From Gemmatimonadota bacterium (GTDB taxonomy: Bacteria > Gemmatimonadota > Gemmatimonadetes > Gemmatimonadales > GWC2-71-9): DNA of 64,000 bases. The notes beneath the pieces are model-generated. The model searched no databases. It was not told the DNA's origin and saw only the letters and a program-made list of their open reading frames with translations. Each line of letters opens with the position of its first letter. The first letter of the stretch is position 1. This document shows positions 29,473 to 37,736 of the stretch, one piece after another. A program made the translations under genes and the position numbers. The stretch spans positions 15,283 through 79,282 of the forward strand of contig JANNSD010000037.1 of assembly GCA_031402225.1 (NCBI GenBank). The letters are read 5' to 3'.

Positions 29473-30150
29473 GTGAACGATTCCAGCGCAACGGGCAATT
29501 CTTCGCTCCTCCTGCAAGCCACCGGGCTGCACCGCAGCTTCGGTGAGCGGGTGGTGCTCACCGCGGTGAGCCTCGCCCTGGCCGAGGGCGAGACCATCGC
29601 GGTGATCGGGCCCAACGGTGTTGGCAAGACCACTCTGCTGCGGATCCTGGCGGGACTGTTGCGCCCGTCGGCCGGCGAGGTGCTGCTCGACGGGCGGCCG
29701 GTGCGCACCGCCGATCCGGGGAGCCGGTCGGCGATCGGGCTGCTCTCGCATCGCGCCATGCTGTACGACGACCTCACCTTGCAGGAAAACCTCGAGTTCG
29801 CCGCCCGGCTGCATGGCCTCGCCGATCCGCGGCGGGTGGCGCGCGATGCGCTCAGCCAGGTGGAGCTCCTGGCCCGGGCCGGCGACTCGCCCCGCACGCT
29901 CAGCCGGGGCCTGCTCCAGCGGGCGGCACTGGCGCGCGCGCTGCTGCATGCGCCGAGGCTGCTGCTGCTCGACGAACCGTTCACCGGGCTGGACAGCGCG
30001 GCGGCGGGGCGGCTCACGTCGCTCCTCGCCGCGCGCCGCCCGGCGGGTCTCGGCACGATTATCGTCACCCACCAGATGGATGAGGCGCGGGATGTCGCGT
30101 CGCGCGTGCTGTCGCTCCAGTCCGGTCGCATCGAGGGGGCAGCCGCGTGA
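29473..30150 (+). CDS. ccmA: Heme ABC exporter ATP-binding protein CcmA
   Basis: 225 aa with a GTG start. Walker A is GPNGVGKTT, the signature is LSRGLLQR, and Walker B is LLLLDEP. It is followed by ccmB and ccmC. Confidence 0.85.
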   Translation: MNDSSATGNSSLLLQATGLHRSFGERVVLTAVSLALAEGETIAVIGPNGVGKTTLLRILAGLLRPSAGEVLLDGRPVRTADPGSRSAIGLLSHRAMLYDDLTLQENLEFAARLHGLADPRRVARDALSQVELLARAGDSPRTLSRGLLQRAALARALLHAPRLLLLDEPFTGLDSAAAGRLTSLLAARRPAGLGTIIVTHQMDEARDVASRVLSLQSGRIEGAAA

Positions 30151-30839
30151 AGTCCGTGCCGCCCGGCGCCCTCACGGCCGCCCTGATCATTGCCGGGAAG
30201 GACCTGCGATCCGAACTCCGTCGGCGCACGGCGCTGGTGTCGGCCGTGGTGTTCGCCGCCCTGATCCTGGTGATCTTCAACTTTGCCCGCGACCCGACCT
30301 CCCTGCGTGCCGAGCAGCTTGCGCCCAGCGCGTTCTGGATCACCTGCGCCTTCGCGGCGGTGACGGCACTGTCGCGCGCCTTTGCGGTGGAGCTGGAACA
30401 CGGGGCGCTCGACGGCCTGCTCCTGGCCCCGGTGCCGCGGGAGGCGCTGTTCCTCGGGAAGTTCCTCGGCAACCTCACGTTCGTGCTGCTGGTGGAGGGC
30501 GTGACCCTGCCGCTTTTCGTGCTATTCTTCAATGTGAGCCTGAAGGGGGCGCTGCCGGGTATCGTACTGGTGGCGCTGCTGGCGACGGTGGGGTTCGTGG
30601 CAGTGGGCACCGTGTTCAGCGCGCTCACGGCGCGGGTACGGTTCAACGAACTGATGCTGCCGGTCCTGCTGTTGCCTTTCATGCTGCCCCCGCTCGCCGG
30701 GGCGGCGCAGGTCACGGCGGCGCTGCTCAATGGGCGTCCGCTGGTCGAGAGCGTCGGCTGGCTCCGTCTACTCCTGGTTTACGACATCACCTTTGTCACC
30801 CTGAGCCTCCTTGTCTTCCCTGCCCTCTTCGACGAATAG
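30147..30839 (+). CDS. ccmB: Heme exporter protein CcmB
   Basis: 230 aa with 6 TM segments. Its GTG overlaps the ccmA stop (GTGA at 30147-30150). AGKDLRSELRRRTAL is a typical CcmB start. Confidence 0.85.
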   Translation: MKSVPPGALTAALIIAGKDLRSELRRRTALVSAVVFAALILVIFNFARDPTSLRAEQLAPSAFWITCAFAAVTALSRAFAVELEHGALDGLLLAPVPREALFLGKFLGNLTFVLLVEGVTLPLFVLFFNVSLKGALPGIVLVALLATVGFVAVGTVFSALTARVRFNELMLPVLLLPFMLPPLAGAAQVTAALLNGRPLVESVGWLRLLLVYDITFVTLSLLVFPALFDE

Positions 30840-31539
30840 CGACACGCGCGCCGCCGCCGGCCGCGCCCTCTCCACCGGTCGCGTGCTCACCGTAATCGGC
30901 CTGCTGGCGGTCGCCGCGGCCCTTGTGCGTGCCATCGCCTTCACTGGCGTCGAGGCGGTCCAGGGCCCAGCGCAGAAAATCATGTACGTGCACGTGCCCT
31001 CCGCCTGGTGTGCCTTCCTGGCGTTCGGGCTCGTGGGCATCTGCAGCGGGCTCTACCTGTGGCTGGGCGATCGCCGGCTCGACACCTTCTCCGAGGCGTC
31101 CGCCGAGGTGGGTGTGGTGCTGACCGGACTGGTGCTCGTCACCGGTCCCATCTGGGGCAAGCCGATCTGGGGCACCTGGTGGCAGTGGGAGCCGCGCCTC
31201 ACGTCCACGTTGTTTCTGTTCTTCCTGTTCGTGGGCTACCTGACGCTGCGCCGCGCGATGTTCGATCCCGCCGAGCGGGCGCGCTACAGCGCGGTGGTGG
31301 GCATCCTGGGCGCGATGCTCGTGCCGTTCATCCACCTCAGCGTGTACATGTTCCGCACCATCCATCCGCGGCCCGTGGTACTCAACCCGGAAGGGCCCAC
31401 CATGCCCGGCAGCTTCGTGGCCACACTGCTCTTCTCGCTGGCCGCGTTCACGCTGCTCTACCTGGGGCTGGTGACGACGCGCTATGGGCTGGGGCGGCTG
31501 CGGGAACTCCGGGAGGCGCGCGATGTTGCTGCTGCGTGA
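30811..31539 (+). CDS. ccmC: Heme exporter protein CcmC
   Basis: KIMYVHVPSAW and the tryptophan-rich WGKPIWGTWWQWEPRL (WWD-type) motif are present. The start is uncertain: TTG 30811 or GTG 30883. Confidence 0.85.
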   Translation: MSSLPSSTNSDTRAAAGRALSTGRVLTVIGLLAVAAALVRAIAFTGVEAVQGPAQKIMYVHVPSAWCAFLAFGLVGICSGLYLWLGDRRLDTFSEASAEVGVVLTGLVLVTGPIWGKPIWGTWWQWEPRLTSTLFLFFLFVGYLTLRRAMFDPAERARYSAVVGILGAMLVPFIHLSVYMFRTIHPRPVVLNPEGPTMPGSFVATLLFSLAAFTLLYLGLVTTRYGLGRLRELREARDVAAA

Positions 31540-31678
31540 ACCGCCGGACAACAGTGGGTTCATGATCGCCGCGTATACGATTGTGGCGGTGGTGCTGGTG
31601 GGCTACTCGGTCATGCTGATGCTGCGGGCGCGACGAGAGGAACAACGGGAGACGGGAGACGGGAGACGGGAGACGTAG
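31523..31678 (+). CDS. ccmD: CcmD-like small membrane protein; its C-terminal tail is encoded by the heptamer array
   Basis: 51 aa, overlapping the ccmC end by 17 nt. It has a single TM plus a basic stretch (GFMIAAYTIVAVVLVGYSVMLMLRARR), as in CcmD. The last 10 codons (RETGDGRRET) and the TAG stop lie in or at the end of the (ACGGGAG)x4 arm. An alternative start is ATG 31562. Confidence 0.55.
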   Translation: MLLLREPPDNSGFMIAAYTIVAVVLVGYSVMLMLRARREEQRETGDGRRET

Positions 31679-31738
31679 AAAGCGTTCGTCTGCGGCCCCC
31701 CGTCTTCCGTCTTCCGTCTTCCGTCTTCCGTCTCCCGT
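31645..31738 (+). repeat. Heptamer-array palindromic element: (ACGGGAG)x4 - 25-nt spacer - (CGTCTTC)x4 CGTCTCC CGT
   Basis: The left arm (31645-31675) differs by 1 nt from the left arm at 18557-18587. Pairing it with 31708-31738 gives a 31-bp stem whose only non-Watson-Crick positions are three G-T pairs (G-U in a plus-strand RNA). It lies between the convergent ccmD-like stop and the KAS stop, so it is a likely bidirectional terminator. Confidence 0.9.
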
Positions 31739-31739
31739 T

Positions 31740-32987
31740 CTACCTGCCGTCATGTCTCCGGAATACGAGCGCGGCATTGATCCCCCCAAAACCAAACGAG
31801 TTGCTCAGCAGGTACTCCGGGTCGGCAATCCGGCCCTCGCCGGCAATGTACGACAGGTCGCACGCCGGGTCGGCTGTGGTGAGGTTGACCGTTGGCGGGA
31901 GCCAGCGGCGCTGGCTCGCGAGGGCGCAGATGGCCGCCTCGAACGCGCCGCTCGCGCCGAGGGCATGGCCGTAGTAGCCCTTCGTGCCGCTGATGGCGAC
32001 CTGCCTGGCGTGCTCGCCGAACACCTGCTTGATGGCGCTGGTCTCGGTCGGGTCGTTGAGCGGCGTGGATGAGCCGTGGGCGTTGATGTAGCCGATCTCG
32101 CCGGGTGCCACGTGCGCCTCGCCGAGCGCCAGTGCCATGGCGCGCGCGGCCTGGCGTCCGTCGGGGCGCGGCTGCGTCATGTGGTGGGCATCGTTGGTGA
32201 CGCCATACCCGCAGATCTCGGCGTAGATGGGCGCACCGCGCGCCAGCGCCCGCTCCCGCTCCTCGAGCACCAGCACGGCGGCACCCTCGGCCATCACGAA
32301 GCCGTCCCGTTCGCGATCGAAGGGACGGCTGGCACTCGCGGGATCATCATTGCGGGTCGACATTGCCCGGATGACGGCAAAGGCACCGAAGCAGAGCGGG
32401 GCAAGCGGGGCCTCGGTGCCGCCACTCAGCATGATGTCGGCATCGCCGCGGGCGATGGAGCGGAAGCCGTCGCCAATGGCCATGCTGCCCGACGCGCAGC
32501 TCATGCCATTCGTGGTGTTGGGGCCGCTGAGCCCGAACTCGATGGCCACGTTACAGCTCGCGGCGCCACCAAACACGGCGAGGGCCAGCGACGGATCCAC
32601 CGCGCGCAGGCCACCGCGCATGTAGTTGCCGTGTTCCACCTCGGCCCGGGCCACACCGGCGAGCGCGGTACCCATGCTCGACCCGATGCGCTCGCGGTCT
32701 TCCTTCGCGAGGTCGATGGCCGAGTCCGCGAGCGCCAGCCGTGTGGCGGCCACACCAAACTGGGCAAACCGGTCGAACCGGCGAACGCGCCGGGCCTCGA
32801 TGTGCTCCGCCGGCTGGAAGTCGGGCACTTCGCCGGCCATGCGCGTGCGGAACGGGGAAGGATCGAAGCGGGTGATGGGTCCCACCTTGGAGACCCGGTC
32901 CTGCAGGCCGCTCCAGAATTCGTCGCGTCCCGTGCCGATGGGAGTCACGACGCCGATCCCCGTGATGACAACTCGCCTGGGCTTCAC
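31740..32987 (-). CDS. Beta-ketoacyl-ACP synthase II-like (FabF family) condensing enzyme
   Basis: Track ORF 31740..33056. I moved the start to GTG 32987 (VKPRRVVITGIGVV...), with GGAAAGGAA upstream, 1 nt after the preceding stop. The Cys-His-His triad contexts are GMSCASGSMAIG, DAHHMTQP and INAHGSSTPLND. Confidence 0.85.
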   Translation of the reverse strand: MKPRRVVITGIGVVTPIGTGRDEFWSGLQDRVSKVGPITRFDPSPFRTRMAGEVPDFQPAEHIEARRVRRFDRFAQFGVAATRLALADSAIDLAKEDRERIGSSMGTALAGVARAEVEHGNYMRGGLRAVDPSLALAVFGGAASCNVAIEFGLSGPNTTNGMSCASGSMAIGDGFRSIARGDADIMLSGGTEAPLAPLCFGAFAVIRAMSTRNDDPASASRPFDRERDGFVMAEGAAVLVLEERERALARGAPIYAEICGYGVTNDAHHMTQPRPDGRQAARAMALALGEAHVAPGEIGYINAHGSSTPLNDPTETSAIKQVFGEHARQVAISGTKGYYGHALGASGAFEAAICALASQRRWLPPTVNLTTADPACDLSYIAGEGRIADPEYLLSNSFGFGGINAALVFRRHDGR

Positions 32988-32988
32988 G

Positions 32989-33462
32989 TCATTCCTTTCC
33001 CTGCTGGTGTCCGCCTTCGACCGCGCGCTTGAGGCCCGCGAGCGTCCGGCTCGCAATACCGTGCACGAATACCGGTCCGATGATCCAATCCGCGGCTGGC
33101 TGGCGGATGAGCGGCCACGGGGGGCCGCTCCATTCGTGTACGATCGAGACGTCTACACCCCCGGCGGTGTCCCGCAGGGTCCACTCCACCTCCATGCCGG
33201 TCGTGATGCCGCGGATATGCCGATAGCGCACGGCACCGCGCCCGGGCTCGATCCACATTTCGGACACCCACCAGGTGGGCCAGCCGAGCGGCCCGAATGG
33301 CCGGTTGGCCGACATCTCCACCACGCCGCCATCGGGCCGGCGGTCCAGGAAGCGCACCCAGCGATAGTGCGGCAGCAGGTCGGGCCAGCGTTCCACGTTC
33401 GATGCCGCACGGAACGCGTCGTCGATCGAGGCGCGGATGACCGCGCGATCCACGGTGCGCAT
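32989..33462 (-). CDS. SRPBCC (START/polyketide-cyclase-like) family protein
   Basis: 157 aa. VIRASIDDAFRAASNVERWPDLLPHY is a typical Polyketide_cyc2/SRPBCC N-terminus. Its start overlaps the upstream stop (TGATG). Confidence 0.7.
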   Translation of the reverse strand: MRTVDRAVIRASIDDAFRAASNVERWPDLLPHYRWVRFLDRRPDGGVVEMSANRPFGPLGWPTWWVSEMWIEPGRGAVRYRHIRGITTGMEVEWTLRDTAGGVDVSIVHEWSGPPWPLIRQPAADWIIGPVFVHGIASRTLAGLKRAVEGGHQQGKE

Positions 33463-34154
33463 CAGTGCGTGCGCCAGGCGGCCACGAGGCGGAATCCGGG
33501 CCGCCGGTGCACGCTGGCACTCACACCGGCGTCGCGCAGGATGGCTGAGAGCTCATGGGGCAGGTACCCCCGACGCACCGAGGTGACGCCATCGGCCCTG
33601 GTCGTGGGGTCGAAGCGGAGCAGTCCGGAGCCGATGCGAAAGCCGACGGCCGCGAGGGCACTGCGCCGGAGGTCAGCCAGGACGACGCCAACCCGCGCGA
33701 TGCGGTGCGCCGAGCGGATGACCTCGACGGCGGCGTCGCGCGACAGGTGATGGATGAGCTGGCTCAGCATGACGATGTCCGCGCTCCGTGCCCGGAAGGG
33801 CAATGCGCCGGCGCAGCCCACCACGCTGGGAAGCCCGCCCCGCCGGGCGAGCGCCGCCGCCACCCGGCTGCGCTCGAGCCCGATGCCGGAGAGCCGCACC
33901 CCGCGCCGGGCCGCCCAGGCTGCGGCACTGCGGGGCAGGTCGCCTACGCCGGTCCCCAGATCCAGCAACGTGAGCGACATACCGTCAGTACCCCGGGGAA
34001 TCAGCTGCGCCAGGCCGAAGTGCACCGCGGCGGCACCCCCGAACCACCAGTTCGACCGGGCCAGGTTGCGGAACGATTCGGTGACGATCACCGGATCGGC
34101 GCCAGGGTCGTCCAGCAGTTCGTGACCGATCGGTGAGAGCGCGAGGGTAGCCAT
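33462..34154 (-). CDS. Class I SAM-dependent methyltransferase
   Basis: Track ORF 33462..34307. I moved the start to ATG 34154 (MATLALSPIGHELL...). SAM motif I is LLDLGTGVGDLP. Confidence 0.75.
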   Translation of the reverse strand: MATLALSPIGHELLDDPGADPVIVTESFRNLARSNWWFGGAAAVHFGLAQLIPRGTDGMSLTLLDLGTGVGDLPRSAAAWAARRGVRLSGIGLERSRVAAALARRGGLPSVVGCAGALPFRARSADIVMLSQLIHHLSRDAAVEVIRSAHRIARVGVVLADLRRSALAAVGFRIGSGLLRFDPTTRADGVTSVRRGYLPHELSAILRDAGVSASVHRRPGFRLVAAWRTH

Positions 34155-34158
34155 GAGG

Positions 34159-34641
34159 TCAGGCGAGCGACGCGTAACCGCCGCGGAAGTAGCAAAGCGG
34201 GCGGCCGTCCATGGCACTGCCCGCCACCACGCGGCCGACCAGGATGGTGTGGTCGCCGGCCTCGTGCGTCGCGGTGCGCTCGCACTCGAGGTGCGCGAGC
34301 GCCCCATCGAGCAGGATGAGCCCGCGCGGACTCTCCTGGTACCCGATGCCCTCGAAGCGCTCCTCGCGATCCACGGCGAAGCGCCGGCTCACCGTCTCCT
34401 GGTTGTTCGCGAGAATATTGACGGCGAACGCCGGCGCGGTGACGAGCAGGCGATGCATCGATGCCGCATGGTCGATGGAAAGCAGCAGCAGCGGCGGCTC
34501 GAGCGACACCGACGCGAGGCTGTTGGCCGTCATGCCGTGCGGACGGCCGTCGGCATCGCGCGCGGTGATGACGGTGACACCGGTCGCAAACCGGCCGAGC
34601 AGCTGGCGAAACTGGGCCTGGTCGATGGCGTTATGGCTCAC
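34159..34641 (-). CDS. Flavin reductase (Flavin_Reduct / HpaC-like)
   Basis: Track ORF 34159..34815. I moved the start to GTG 34641, which overlaps the upstream stop (GTGA). FRQLLGRFATGVTVITA...HGMTANSLASVSLEPPLLL is the family core. Confidence 0.8.
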   Translation of the reverse strand: MSHNAIDQAQFRQLLGRFATGVTVITARDADGRPHGMTANSLASVSLEPPLLLLSIDHAASMHRLLVTAPAFAVNILANNQETVSRRFAVDREERFEGIGYQESPRGLILLDGALAHLECERTATHEAGDHTILVGRVVAGSAMDGRPLCYFRGGYASLA

Positions 34642-35831
34642 AGGACCATCCGGGCGAGGAACAGGGGGTTGAGGACGGCGCGCGCCGGCAGCACGGCGCC
34701 GGTCACGCCTACCAGGGTGTCGGCCATGCCGCGGCGCCGGCCGATCCGTGCCACGGCGTGGTCGAACAGGCCCGGGACGGTCATGGAGTAGCCGATGAGC
34801 CGCTCCACCGCCCACTTGCCGGCGAACCGGCGCCAGCGTGCACGCCGGTAGCCAGCGAGGGCGCGGTCAATGGCGGCGGCGCTGCCTCGGGCCCCGCCCA
34901 ATGTGCCTGCCACCAGTTCGGCGCCCACCAGCGCGGAGCAGATGCCCTCGCCGGTAAATGGGTCGAAGAAGTCGGCGGCGTCTCCCACCAGCAGCGCCCC
35001 CGGTACGGTGACCTGGCGCGCGCGCGCGGCAAACGGTCCGGTCACGAGCACCTCGCGCACGACGTGCCGCAACTGCACCCGGCCCCGCACCCCGGGAAAG
35101 CGCTCCAGTTCATCCATGAAGTATGCCTCCACCCGGCCCGCTGCGGGCGCCGCCCGATGCTGCGGCACCACCAGGGCGACGTTGGTCACGCCCCCGCCGA
35201 TCGCGTTGAGACCGACATACCCCTGGCCGCTGACGTGCATCTCGGCGCGATCTGCCATGTCCGGCACGCCCGTGACATGCGCCACGAAGGCCATGCGGGC
35301 GGGCCATCCCAGGCGCTGTCCCCCGAGCGCGCGCGCTACCCGGGAGCGAAGACCATCCGCGCCGATGGTCAGTAACGCGCGGACGTGTCGGATATCGCCA
35401 TCGCGGCCGCGGATGACCGCCCCGGCCACCCGGCCACCCTCGACGATGAGGCGCTCGAGCGACCTGGCCTCGCGTACCTCGACCCCGCGCGCCCGCGCGG
35501 CGCCGACCAGGGCATGGTCCAGCTCGCGGCGCGCGACAGACAAGCCCCGGCCTTCCGGAAAGCGGCCCACCAGCTGCGCACCGCGGGCGGCGGTGACGCT
35601 CGAGCCGCTGAGCCGCGCCGCGCCGGCGGCGCAGAGGGCGGCGGTGACGCCGAGTCGGTCGAGCACGCGCACCGTCTCGGGGCTCATGTACTCGGAGCAG
35701 GCCTTGTCGCGGGGAAACACCGCGCGATCGACGGCGAGCACGCGCCACCCTGCCTCGGCGAGGAAGGACGCCGTGGCACTGCCGGCCGGACCGGCGCCGA
35801 CCACGAGCGCGTCCACGGCGAGGTCAGTCAA
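34638..35831 (-). CDS. Geranylgeranyl-reductase-family FAD-dependent oxidoreductase
   Basis: DALVVGAGPAGSATASFLAEAG (GxGxxG), FPRDKACSEYMSP, TIGADGLRSRV and LVGDAADFFDPFTGEGI match the GGR family layout. I propose the start at TTG 35831 (uncertain; the track ATG at 35969 adds shadow-like sequence). Confidence 0.75.
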   Translation of the reverse strand: MTDLAVDALVVGAGPAGSATASFLAEAGWRVLAVDRAVFPRDKACSEYMSPETVRVLDRLGVTAALCAAGAARLSGSSVTAARGAQLVGRFPEGRGLSVARRELDHALVGAARARGVEVREARSLERLIVEGGRVAGAVIRGRDGDIRHVRALLTIGADGLRSRVARALGGQRLGWPARMAFVAHVTGVPDMADRAEMHVSGQGYVGLNAIGGGVTNVALVVPQHRAAPAAGRVEAYFMDELERFPGVRGRVQLRHVVREVLVTGPFAARARQVTVPGALLVGDAADFFDPFTGEGICSALVGAELVAGTLGGARGSAAAIDRALAGYRRARWRRFAGKWAVERLIGYSMTVPGLFDHAVARIGRRRGMADTLVGVTGAVLPARAVLNPLFLARMVL

Positions 35832-36321
35832 TGCGGACAAACTCGATGCCGCCCAGCACCAGCCGGCGCGGGTCGAAGTTCGCGTTGGTGAAGTCGAAGC
35901 GGACGTCAGCCACGGCGTCCGAATAGCGCACATACAGCACCGTACCGTCGGTGCGGAAGGTGCATTCACGCCGTGTCACCAGGGTCTGGTCGGCCACGAC
36001 GCTGAAGGTCGCCACCTCCCGCGTACAGGCGCCGTCGGCCGAGAAGCGCCACCGCGTGACGATGCGCTGCAGGTCAGTGGGGAGGTTCTCGATCCAGACG
36101 TTCTCCCAGGTTCCGACCAGCGCTGCCGCGCCGGGACCCGAGGTGCCACCCCCACCGGAGCTCCCGGGATTGGAGTCAACTGACGGGATCGTGCCTGGGT
36201 CGACCGGCAGGGCTCCGCCGCAACCGCCGATCAGGAGGGAGCACAGCAGCGCCACGCCAGCCAGCCGGCCAGGGTGCCGGCGGCGGTGGTCACCGCGTTC
36301 ACGCCATCGTTGGTAAGCCAT
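35824..36321 (-). CDS. Small lipoprotein with lipocalin-like beta domain (hypothetical)
   Basis: Track ORF 35824..36561. The only workable start is ATG 36321, giving MAYQRWRERGDHRRRHPGRLAGVALLCSLLIGGC (lipobox IGGC). This overlaps the 3' end of the upstream gene by 91 nt. VGTWENVW is lipocalin-like. Confidence 0.5.
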   Translation of the reverse strand: MAYQRWRERGDHRRRHPGRLAGVALLCSLLIGGCGGALPVDPGTIPSVDSNPGSSGGGGTSGPGAAALVGTWENVWIENLPTDLQRIVTRWRFSADGACTREVATFSVVADQTLVTRRECTFRTDGTVLYVRYSDAVADVRFDFTNANFDPRRLVLGGIEFVRID

Positions 36322-37055
36322 GCCAGACCTCCGGTGCGCGTGGTCCGGGTGCCGCACCGGTGCACGCTCCATTCGCTGTCCACCCCACACGCCGGGCAGT
36401 GAAATCGCCCCTGCAGCGTGGCGCCCAGCACAGAATCCAGCGCCATGCCCGCCGTACCGATCGCAGTACCCCACAGCACCAGGAGTGGCCCACCGCCGGT
36501 GATGGCACCGGCAGCGCTTACCACGCCCGCCCCTGCAACGGCGGCAGCGGTGCCGAGCCACGTCATGCCCCCGTTGCTTCCGGCCCGAACGGGACGGCCG
36601 AAGAGCAGGCGTCTGGGGGTGGTGCGGCTCCGCGCACCAATCACGGTGGCCCAGGTGTCCGCTCCAGCCGAGGCGAGGCCACCCGTCACGACCCAGAGGG
36701 CGAGCGCCGGGTGGCGGGCGGAAAGTGCCGCCCCGAGCGCCGCGAAGCCGCCGTTGGCCAGGACCTGCCGAGCATCGCGGCGCTCGCCCTTGGCGTCCCC
36801 GCCGTCATTGCGATTCGCGCCGGCAATGCGGCCGATGGCGCTGCTCAGGATGAAGAATGCACCGAGCGCCGCTGCCCCGGGCCACCCGGCGCCCTCCAGG
36901 ATAGCAAACCCGACGACGGCCGCGGTGGCCGCGCCCCCGCCGGTGAGCGCCTTCGCCGCCCACCCGCCGCCCGACAGCAGGACTGCCACCAGCGCCGCTC
37001 CCATCGGATCGGGACCCATCCAGCCAATGTCCCCGGGAGCGCTGGCCCGGCGCAA
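36231..37055 (-). CDS. DUF92 (TMEM19/COG1836) family integral membrane protein
   Basis: Gly/Ala-rich polytopic protein: GAFFILSSAIGRIA ... RDARQVLANGG ... GLASAGADTWATVIG ... GTAGMALDSVLGATLQ, with a C-terminal CPAC...HRCG insertion. The start is uncertain: TTG 37055, ATG 37019 or ATG 37004. Confidence 0.65.
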   Translation of the reverse strand: MRRASAPGDIGWMGPDPMGAALVAVLLSGGGWAAKALTGGGAATAAVVGFAILEGAGWPGAAALGAFFILSSAIGRIAGANRNDGGDAKGERRDARQVLANGGFAALGAALSARHPALALWVVTGGLASAGADTWATVIGARSRTTPRRLLFGRPVRAGSNGGMTWLGTAAAVAGAGVVSAAGAITGGGPLLVLWGTAIGTAGMALDSVLGATLQGRFHCPACGVDSEWSVHRCGTRTTRTGGLAWLTNDGVNAVTTAAGTLAGWLAWRCCAPS

Positions 37056-37106
37056 GCACCCCTAGAGGGCAGGGGTGGCCGTCGATTACTTTGTGATCGC
37101 CATCAC

Positions 37107-37736
37107 ATGACAGCCCGGTCCACTGTTCCCGCCCTGATTCCGCTCAGCCTGCTCCAGGCGCTGCGTAACCTCGACGCCCCTCTCGACGACGGGCTCGAGG
37201 AGCTTGCCAGCGAGATGGTGGCCAAGCGGTTCGGCCTGAGTGAAACCGTCGCCGCCCAGATCGAGCGCTACGAGGAGGCGGTCCAGCGGGGCGAGGAAGT
37301 GCCGCGCGACGAAGCGCTGGGGGTGCTCCGGCTGGTCGGGCGTCGCTCGGACGCGCAGCTCGCGTTCGCTGACGCTGGTCGGCGGGCGGCACGGCACGCC
37401 GCGAAGGCCGCCGGGCGGGGCGCGCGGACCCTGATCCGCGTTGCGCCCGGCGGCATGAGCCGGAGGATGGGCTTTCGCACCGCATCACGGGCGGCGGGCC
37501 GCACGGTCAGCGTCGAACTGCGGAGCGCGGGGCGGGCAGTGGAAGCGCGGGTGCCGGACTCGCTCACCGTGGCCGCGATGCCCGATGGTGAGGCCTGCGG
37601 TTTCATCGGGTCGATGCTGGCCGAGCTGCTTCGGCTCCTCGCCGGCATGGAGGGCGCCATGACCCACGATCGGTGTAGTGCTCGCGGCGATGCGGTGTGT
37701 GTCTGGCATTGGGCCGATGCGGAGGGATACCGATGA
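37107..37736 (+). CDS. Hypothetical protein with V4R-like C-terminus
   Basis: Only the last 209 codons of track ORF 36360..37736 look coding (start ATG 37107). The C-terminal MTHDRCSARGDAVCVWHW resembles the C-x2-G-D-x2-C end of V4R (4-vinyl reductase-like) small-molecule-binding domains. Confidence 0.45.
   Translation: MTARSTVPALIPLSLLQALRNLDAPLDDGLEELASEMVAKRFGLSETVAAQIERYEEAVQRGEEVPRDEALGVLRLVGRRSDAQLAFADAGRRAARHAAKAAGRGARTLIRVAPGGMSRRMGFRTASRAAGRTVSVELRSAGRAVEARVPDSLTVAAMPDGEACGFIGSMLAELLRLLAGMEGAMTHDRCSARGDAVCVWHWADAEGYR

Noticed and set aside
34638-35831. Idea that the flavoprotein plus flavin reductase pair is a flavin-dependent halogenase system
   Set aside because: There is no WxWxIP motif and no halogenase-type Lys context. 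The FPRDK-C, GADG-x-S and GDAA-x-x-DP-x-TGEGI motifs fit the geranylgeranyl-reductase family instead.
36360-37106. N-terminal 249 codons of track ORF 36360..37736
   Set aside because: This part is antisense to the DUF92 gene and is Arg/Pro/Gly-rich. Coding-like sequence begins only at ATG 37107.
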